Assembly (NCBI GenBank): GCA_010405405.1
Contig: MU004230.1
Location: 1,770,627 to 1,834,626 of the forward strand
Direction: 5' to 3'
DNA length: 64,000 nt
Origin: Microthyrium microscopicum
Lineage: Eukaryota
Position 1 is the stretch's first letter. Every line of letters begins with the position of its first letter. The translations under genes and the position numbers were made by a program. A model generated the notes under the pieces. The model ran no database searches and was not told the DNA's origin. It worked only from the letters and a program-made list of their open reading frames with translations. This document shows positions 56,458 to 64,000 of the stretch, in pieces.

Positions 56458-58367
56458 CTGGTCACACGCGTATCACCATATTATGAGCTGTCGTATAGCG
56501 GGGGTTAAGACGGGTATGCTTGGCGACGGATGTAAGGGTAGTATGAATTGTATGGCTGCGTGGTATGAATGCACTGTAGGTTGCCGTGAAGCTGATGGAT
56601 GTGGCATAGGCTGGCAGCGTCAAAGGGATGGCAGAGTGACAGGCTGGATGAAGAGGGTGAGAGATGACGTGGTGAATGCCAATGTCTAAAAGTCGCGGAG
56701 AAGCAGCCGTCTTAGGTCTAAGAGCACTTGAAACGAGCGGTAGCGAACTGTGAGATTGGCAGGAGAGCGACGACAGAAGGGGGAACTGGAGAAGATTGAG
56801 GTTCAGGAGAGAACAAAGCACCATCAATCAGAGGCTGAAGCAGCAGCGAGGGACTAGAGAAGTATGGAGTACTAGAGTAGCAGAAAGGTAATGGACAGAA
56901 AAGAATAGAAAAGAGAAAATTACAAAATAGACGGGATCGAGATCAGGCTCAGGCTGCGGAGACTGAGAGGAGAGGGAGAGGGGGAAATAAAGGAATGGGC
57001 TTGATGCCCTCGTAACCAACCGCTGCTGATTATTTGAGAAGTGACAGCTCGCGAGACGTCAAAGGCTTGTTTCCAAGCACCATCTCCAACGCCTCTTTTT
57101 TCCCCGTTGGCATATCGCCCTGCCTCTTTACCGTAACAGGTCAAAGTTAGGTAAAACAATCATACAGTCTAATTTCGTTATGCTTTTGACTACTTTGCTA
57201 GCCTAATGGTCTTTCAATTGGCCCAAGGCGCGATCTGATCGCGATACCTACGCGAGTTCCAAGGCGAAATCTAACTGCATAAAGTTATGATATATCCCTA
57301 GTACTACCAATAGAGTACTCCAAAATCTCCCCTGACCTGATTCCATTTCCATCTTGTCCCTAAACATCTGATATGATCTACGCTTAGGCTAATAGCAAGG
57401 CCTGCAGCCCTATCTTCAGGGCAGCTCCCATTATGCCGGTAGTGGTACAAGTATATCTTGCTTGTGAATTTCTTAATCCATATGCTCACCTTTAGGCTCT
57501 GATTTGTACTTTTTACTAAACCGTGGCTGTTCGTATTAGATTTTGATCATGACACTAAACATTACACAGATACCATCCCTGGCTGTTCACCTGTACGACC
57601 AATGTTCTGTCCCAAATGCTTGTGAGAGGAAGCAACTTCTCCTTTTATTAATAGAATAAGCATAACCGATGCCTGTTCACCTTTCCCAATTCCGCGGTCC
57701 ATGGATACAAAGGCCTCGAACCAGCCCAGGGTCTTGGTGATCCAAGTCTGGGGTTAGCCAGCGATAAAATCAGCCTCTTTTCCAGCCAAAATATGTTCCC
57801 CAGACATGGTGGCGGTTGGGCGTCCTTTAATCCTTTATTCTCTTTATAGCAATCGCTCCGATAACACACTTAATTGTACAAACTCTACTAACTTAAAGGT
57901 ATATTCTAGTAACTAGCGCGCTATGGTGTGCGTCATGACCTTTTGCTCAACCATCATGGCCCGTTATCAGCAACTCCAGACTTGGCCCAATTCCAGTACG
58001 CGATGTCTCCTAAATCCAAGTAACACTTGATCATGATCTGTTACTGAGTACGTTGTTCTACTTCACATATTCGGACACAAAATGATAGAATAACGCTTTC
58101 TGACGATACCTTGGTATTGGTCTGATTTCCATTGTAGAAATTAGCAAAATTATTTGCATTATGAAAGCCTGCTCCATAATATGTGAGCAATTTTGCTTCG
58201 GAGGATCGTAGGAACGGTCTGTTGCAAAAAACAAAAATCTGTTGTCGGTCGATGGTTGTGTGTGATATACACTCATTTTGCACCATTTTCTAACAATTCA
58301 TGTTTGGATTTCATCATTTAGATCTTGTGCAAAGATCTAGCAGAGCTTGTCCCGATCGGGAACAATC

Positions 58368-58467
58368 TCCGGTATAGTCCAGAGGTTAGGATACCTGTCT
58401 TTCATTAGTGCGCCAGTCGCCTACCGTTAGAACACAGTAGACCCGGGTTCGATTCCCGGTACCGGAA
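58368..58467 (+). tRNA. tRNA-Glu (anticodon TTC) with a 28-nt intron at 58405-58432
   Basis: Acceptor stem TCCGGTA/TACCGGA; D arm GTCC-AGAGGTTA-GGAT; anticodon arm CCTGT-CT-TTC-A[intron]C-ACAGT; variable loop AGAC; T arm CCGGG-TTCGATT-CCCGG. The intron sits at the canonical 37/38 position. Confidence 0.9.
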
Positions 58468-58490
58468 AACGGTAATTTACTACTTGTAGA

Positions 58491-58499
58491 TTTTTTTTT
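58491..58499 (+). terminator. RNA polymerase III terminator (T9) of tRNA-Glu
   Basis: Run of nine T starting 24 nt downstream of the tRNA 3' end. Confidence 0.75.
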
Positions 58500-59090
58500 G
58501 CTTCTGCAGGCTTCAAGTTCAAGTCTCCGCATCGTCAAAAATGTATCTCCCAGCTCAGTTGCTAAAAAGTCATAATTATTGATTGGGTTTTCACTAATAT
58601 GAACCTGATTCTTTTTTGTCCATCATTTTACCATAGACTGGGCTAGAAGGAGGAGCAGAAGTATGATAGATAATATCGTCCTTGTATTTTGATGCTTCGT
58701 ACTTCCTTTTACTTCCAAGAGATCTTGGGGTACCAATTGTTTTGTCCCGTGAGAGCCAATGTACTGGATCAAATGAACGGCTCAATTCTGATGAGAGTCT
58801 CGGACATATCACTCGAAAGGAGGCATATATTGGCATTTTATCCCATCAAAGTCATGGCAGCAGGCAAAGAAAAAAAAGTCAGCCTTATCCTCTCCACATC
58901 AAGCAAGCCAATCAGATGAGTGGAGCTACGCCACATCATCATTGTTTGCATTATCATTCTATTGTCGATATCAGTACCACGGTTTTGCCATGAACAACTT
59001 TTCAAGTCGTGATATATTCTAAATGTGCACTCCTCCGCTTCTCAGTAATGAAACTATTCCTGACATACTGATGCTGTTTTTCCTAACGCC

Positions 59091-61202
59091 ATGCCACTCG
59101 AAAATCAGTCTCGGTCACAATCTGCCATTGAATTTGCCCAGCAGGCGGAAGCACTAGGACAGTATAAGCTGGATGAAGAAAATGACCAGACCGTTTCGAC
59201 GCAAGCAGTGGAAGCCAAATTCATAACAGCTCAAGATCCGGTTATCATCACTGCAGATGGTGGCAGACTACCCTCCGTTCCTCTCGCGGAGGCATTGAAA
59301 CTCAACAGGTTACGCGACAAGCTAGAAGGACGAGACCCTCAAACCCAAGGAGGGATCAATTATCCGACACGAAAGGCTAAAGATGGCACAATCCATGGAG
59401 TTGTGCCTCCGAGTAATCCAAAACTACGACAGTCCACTGATGCAGATGCTCCACTCAGAAGAGCAGTGGCATCGGCCAAAACAAATCCACTCTTTCCGCC
59501 TTTACCAATGTATGGTCCCCCGAGGCTGATGCATCATGTGCAGTATAGGCTATTTCGACTCTCTTCCGCAATTCTCTCTTTTCTCTTTCTGCTGGTCATC
59601 ATTCTCGGAGCAATCTTTACAAGTGCTCCGATTGCATGTCGCCGTGTCTGGCGAGAATTGACAAGGAAAGATCCGTACAAGGATCGAATTTTTTACGACA
59701 GAGAGCAGGAACAAGCGGCTGTTCGGAGTGAGAAAGAGAAAGCCTGGATCAGGAGGAGGGAAGCAACCCAGAGCACTTCACCGAAGAGTAGTGAGACGTT
59801 GGAAAAGGGGTATTCCTCGCGCTCCTCAACTCCCAGTAGCGAAGAATTTATACCTACAGAAGGAGGGCCAGATCGTTTAGTATGCGACATCCGCTATTAT
59901 GCCCGACGAGTTGGTCTTGATTGCGAAATCTACCAGGTTGAAACCGAAGACGGCTTTGTATTAGAATTATTCCACTTATACAACCCACTGACAACAAAAC
60001 CACGACCAAGTTCAGAGCGAGAAGCACTATCACCAGATGTTTTTACAGATAAGACCGCGGCGAACATCCAGGATCTGAAGGATAGGCAATATCCAGTCCT
60101 CTTAATCCACGGTCTTCTCCAATCAGCCGGCGCCTATTGTTGCTCTGACGAGACCTCCCTAGCCTTCTATCTCGCCAAATCCGGCCTCGACGTCTGGCTC
60201 GGCAACAACCGCTGCGGCTTCCACCCAAAGCATACCCTCCTCTCACCCAACGATCCACGGATGTGGGCATGGAACATCAGACAAATGGGCGTCCTCGACC
60301 TGCCCGCTCTAATCTCTCGCGTCCTGCACGAAACACGCTTCCCACGCCTCGCTCTCGTCGCACATTCCCAAGGAACCACACAAACTCTCGTCGCACTCGC
60401 CAAAGAGCAACGACCAGATCTAGGACCCCGCATCAGTCTGGTATGCCTGCTTGCGCCAGCGGCATATGCTGGTCCGCTGATTGGCAAGATGTACTTCAAA
60501 TTCATGCGGATCATTTCGCCAGGCATGTTCCGCGCACTGTTTGGCATACATGCTTTCATTCCGTTCATGATGAGCATGCACTCCATACTGCCAGGCCAGA
60601 TATACGGCTTCATGGGATATCGCGTTTTCAGCTTCCTGTTCAACTGGACGGATGCGCGCTGGGATCGGGGATTACGAGATCGATTCTTCCAGTTCTCGCC
60701 AGTATACGTTAGTGCAGAAAGTATGCGCTGGTGGCTCGGCCGAGAGTGCTTTGCGACGCAAAAGTGCATTTTAGCGACACGCGAGGAGGGCCGGATTGAA
60801 GATGCTGAAGACGAACAGCTGGGGCGTGGAGAATGTGCTCTAGATGATTCTCCAGAGGCGGTGGAGGAACGCAGAAATTATGCCTGGTATGATAATCGAG
60901 TGCCGCCTATGGCCATTTGGGTCGGTGGATCGGATCATTTGGTGGATGGGAGGCGTCTACTGCGGAGATTCGAGCGCGGGCGGGAGCCTTATGTGAATGT
61001 TGTTCACAGTAAGATTATACCGGAGTATGAGCACTTGGATGTGCTGTGGGCGATGGATGCTATCGATCAGGTTGGTAAGGAGGTTTTGGAAAATATCTGG
61101 AAAACCATACCGGCAGATGTGAAGGAGGTTTGCAGGATACCCAAAGGCTGCGAGCGACACAAATCTGCTGCAGGAGGTGCGGACGAGCGTGATGATTTAT
61201 GA
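59091..61202 (+). CDS. alpha/beta-hydrolase lipase of the steryl-ester hydrolase (Tgl1/Yeh) family, 703 aa, with an N-terminal TM segment
   Basis: YQVETEDGFVLELFH (abhydro_lipase region), oxyanion HGLLQS, DVWLGNNR, nucleophile elbow AHSQG, catalytic His in YEHLDVLWA; TM segment LSSAILSFLFLLVIILGAIF. Confidence 0.9.
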   Translation: MPLENQSRSQSAIEFAQQAEALGQYKLDEENDQTVSTQAVEAKFITAQDPVIITADGGRLPSVPLAEALKLNRLRDKLEGRDPQTQGGINYPTRKAKDGTIHGVVPPSNPKLRQSTDADAPLRRAVASAKTNPLFPPLPMYGPPRLMHHVQYRLFRLSSAILSFLFLLVIILGAIFTSAPIACRRVWRELTRKDPYKDRIFYDREQEQAAVRSEKEKAWIRRREATQSTSPKSSETLEKGYSSRSSTPSSEEFIPTEGGPDRLVCDIRYYARRVGLDCEIYQVETEDGFVLELFHLYNPLTTKPRPSSEREALSPDVFTDKTAANIQDLKDRQYPVLLIHGLLQSAGAYCCSDETSLAFYLAKSGLDVWLGNNRCGFHPKHTLLSPNDPRMWAWNIRQMGVLDLPALISRVLHETRFPRLALVAHSQGTTQTLVALAKEQRPDLGPRISLVCLLAPAAYAGPLIGKMYFKFMRIISPGMFRALFGIHAFIPFMMSMHSILPGQIYGFMGYRVFSFLFNWTDARWDRGLRDRFFQFSPVYVSAESMRWWLGRECFATQKCILATREEGRIEDAEDEQLGRGECALDDSPEAVEERRNYAWYDNRVPPMAIWVGGSDHLVDGRRLLRRFERGREPYVNVVHSKIIPEYEHLDVLWAMDAIDQVGKEVLENIWKTIPADVKEVCRIPKGCERHKSAAGGADERDDL

Positions 61203-61405
61203 GAGTTATGGTGCACAAGATGTGGCTAATGAGCACATGATGAATGAAAAATGATAGAGTTTTAGACGATAGACAGCGCATGATAGATCGAAAACATTGG
61301 TACAACAGACCATGATTAATAACCTATTTCATGTGTCAACCGACCATACTAATCCTATGCTGTGTCGTGGAAGACAGTAAATACATAATTTCACTTTCCT
61401 CATCG

Positions 61406-64000
61406 TTATTTGTACATGTCATCATCGCCGTTCGTGGAATTACCAAAGGCTGGTGAATGTGTTTTGCCTTTCGAGTGTTTGCCCATAACTTTTCCGATCC
61501 CGAATGGTAGTTTTCTGTGTGTGCTGCTGCCATTTCCATGCTCACTTCCATGAGGACTATTGCTCCTATGAGGGCTCGCACTACCGTTCCTGTTCCCGTT
61601 TCCATTTCCATGACCATTGCCATGACCGTTTGTTCCGGTGGCTAGGTGGTCCGTCCGTATTGTGTATTCATCTTCATCCCCAAGCGGCTCTTCCCCCGAG
61701 TCTGGGTTTGCGAAATGAAAGGTGGCCTGGTCGGGCTGTTTCTTGCCTTGATGTGGATGATTGCTACCGCTGTTAGCGCGTCGACGGAAGGTCAGCTGCT
61801 TGGCGATGTTATTGATTGGCGACGAAGTCGGAATGACACTGCGGTTACTCTGTTGGCTATCCGGTCTGACCTTGAGTGACAGGTTGCCACTCGGTTGTTG
61901 GGCATGAGTCGCAGCAGCAGGTTGAGAATCGTTGCCTTCAAAAGCTTTGCGGACACGCTCGTAGTGACCGAATTCTTCTGCGCTGACGGAAGGCACAAGT
62001 TCCTTGTGAGCTGCGTAGAAGTCTTCTTCCGTCACAGTCACCGAAGTATCCTCCTCGGTTGCGAAATGATCGAAGAATTGAGCAATGGTAAGTGGGCTTT
62101 GGCCAGGTCGAAGGTTGGCATTACGTTGTGCAACTTTGCCATCAACTTGCTCAGCGGCGCGCGTTATGGCCTTGAGCATAGCATCAGAGCAAAGAGCATA
62201 TAGATCGGCACCTGTGAATGTGAACGGTAAAGTAGCAGAAACTCTTTGTAGAGAACAGCTTGGATGGATGGAGAATCTAGACAAGTTAGTGTTTCATAAC
62301 GTCAGGCGGAAATTGGGTACATACTTTCGAGTCAGAGCCTCCATAATCTTGAGCTGCTTGTCGTGAGTGTCACTGATACCCAGGTATAGCATCTTGTCGA
62401 ATCGCCCAGGACGTAGCAATGCCTGATCAAGCAAATCTGGTCGGTTGGTAGCTCCAATCACAAACACTCCTCCACCGCCCTCTTCGCCATTACTCATTCC
62501 GTCCAATTCAGCGAGCAACTGACTGACAATTCGATCCATGACACCACCACTATCGCCTTGATTACCACGTTTGGGCGCAACAGAGTCCAGTTCATCAAAG
62601 AATACCACACAGGGTCGAGCATCTCTAGCACGCTGGAAGACTCTTCGAACATTGGCTTCTGATTCACCAATGTACATGTTGAGTAGTTCTGGCCCTTTGA
62701 CGGAAAAGAAATTGAGTGAGAATTCTGTAGCAATAGCCTTTGCGAGCAGGGTCTTTCCAGTTCCGGGAGGTCCGTAGAAGAGAATACCACTTCGTTTCTT
62801 CATGCCCTTGGCGAAAAGTTCTGGACGAGCCAAAGGAAGCTGAATGGTCTCTATGACTGCTTCTTTGACGTGTGAAAGACCACCAACATCGTCCCATCCA
62901 ACATTTGGAATCTTCGGAGCTCCAATGGCGTCTGCAAAGTTCTTTCGAGCGGCATCGACAGCACTTTCCAAGTCTCCTTTCGTTACGCAAAGACTAGATG
63001 AGCCACCTGCAATCTCCAAGTCACGAATAGACAATTGCATGTCAGGTGCGGACGAGTTCGCGCCTTTGATAATTTTCTCCAGGCGAGTCTGTTTGGCAGC
63101 CGATGCACGGCTCACAACATCAAGCAAGTCGCCAGCTACAAGTGCTGCAGTCTTCAGCGCGACGGATGATAATTCGGCATCAGGAGCAAGTTTGACGCCA
63201 AGGCTGTCCACAATGTCCTTAAGAATACCTTCTCTTTCACCCTCATCTGGGGCTCCAAGTTCCAATTCATTGTTGAAGAATGCTCGAATATTATCCGGTA
63301 TTTTCTCAACGTCCGTAGTCGTTGCGATGACAACTCGAGATTCTGCCAAAATATCTTTGAACACTGCGAGCATGCGATCTCCAGAAAGGGCATCCATGTG
63401 CTTGAACAGTAAGACTGTGTTCTGAGATCCACAAGTCAGAGCACGCTGAGCTCGTTGCTTAACAAACTCTTCAGTCTCGCTTGTTCCAGCTGAGTTGTTC
63501 GTAGTTGCGTCGTAGGCATCGATTACACAGCAATGCAGGCCTAGATCTTCACATGCCATCTGCGCTGTGTATGCCTTTCCAATCTGTCGTTGCGTGGAAG
63601 TCAGCAGTATAGTGACAGGCGGGAGGCCTACGTGAATAGCCTGTGGGCTTGTTGCCGCCAGCATCAAACTCCGTAGTCTTCGTCGCATTGGAGAAATGAA
63701 CGATTCCGGAAGAGGTGCAATGGCAGCCATGCGTGAAACATTGGACGATGGTATTCGCTTGACGCCTTGGTAATATGGCCATGAGCTGTCTTGCGCAGGT
63801 GGTAGTCGAGCCATCTCGTTCCCGTTCTGCATTAATTTGGTTGAGGAAGAGCTAGAAGAAACGTCGACAAAAGCAACACCTCCCCACACATCGTCTGCCT
63901 GCTCATCAGCTGGGCTGTCTGGAGATACACTAGCAACTTTGAACCAGACAACGCTCGTGCTGTTACTGCTCTGTGAGCTATGATTGGCTTGACCACGCTT
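61406..64000 (-). CDS. PEX6: peroxisomal AAA+ ATPase Pex6 (3' part; the gene starts beyond the window)
   Basis: The frame is open from the right edge; intron 62324-62277. Degenerate D1 Walker A LTSTQRQIGKA; D2 motifs GAPKIPNVGWDDVGG, GPPGTGKT, GPELLNMYIGESEANVR, FFDELDS, GATNRPDLLD, TGADLYALCSDA and PSVS. Confidence 0.96.
61583..61630 (-). repeat. coding low-complexity (N/H-G)n tract in the Pex6 tail
   Basis: Encodes NGHGNGHGNGNGNRNG. Confidence 0.7.

Noticed and set aside
56462..56827. 121-aa ORF ending 4 nt before the HUL4 ATG
   Set aside because: Its composition reflects a pyrimidine-rich 5' leader; there is no evidence of coding function.
1..64000. Transposons, cryptic PTS1 stop-codon readthrough, and the many antisense or nested ORFs in the track
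   Set aside because: No transposase, RT or integrase motifs or long terminal repeats were seen. The stops checked (SPB4, MOSC, DGK1, lipase, TAF2) lack a TGA-CTA context, and the short SPB4 and MOSC readthrough extensions do not end in an SKL-type signal. Nested ORFs overlap well-supported genes and lack motifs.

Overview
Eukaryotic DNA from a filamentous ascomycete (Pezizomycotina). The evidence is short GT-AG introns with CTRAY branch points and recognisable fungal housekeeping genes; taxonomy cannot be narrowed further by eye. About 25 protein genes can be modelled by hand: MNN10-type GT34 mannosyltransferase, two TLC-domain paralogues flanking DGK1 and SPB4, a DUF3433-like membrane protein, ATG29, an HsbA-like secreted protein, a MOSC protein, kinesin-1, TAF2, a HUL4-like HECT ligase, a sterol-esterase-like lipase, the 3' part of PEX6 and about 12 uncharacterised or orphan genes. 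There is also an intron-containing tRNA-Glu(TTC). No transposase, CRISPR array or rRNA is visible. Four things stand out. (1) An intron with two competing 3' splice sites either fuses a charged orphan protein in frame to Atg29 or makes it overlap the ATG29 start. (2) A palindromic 14-mer (CCATCGAGTGCGAT) forms a 46-47 bp tandem array just after the SPB4 stop and recurs 28 kb away as a 23-bp hairpin after another stop codon. (3) A convergent pair of divergent orphan paralogues flanks that hairpin. (4) The MOSC protein has no cysteine at all. All gene models and family calls come from reading the sequence; no searches were run.
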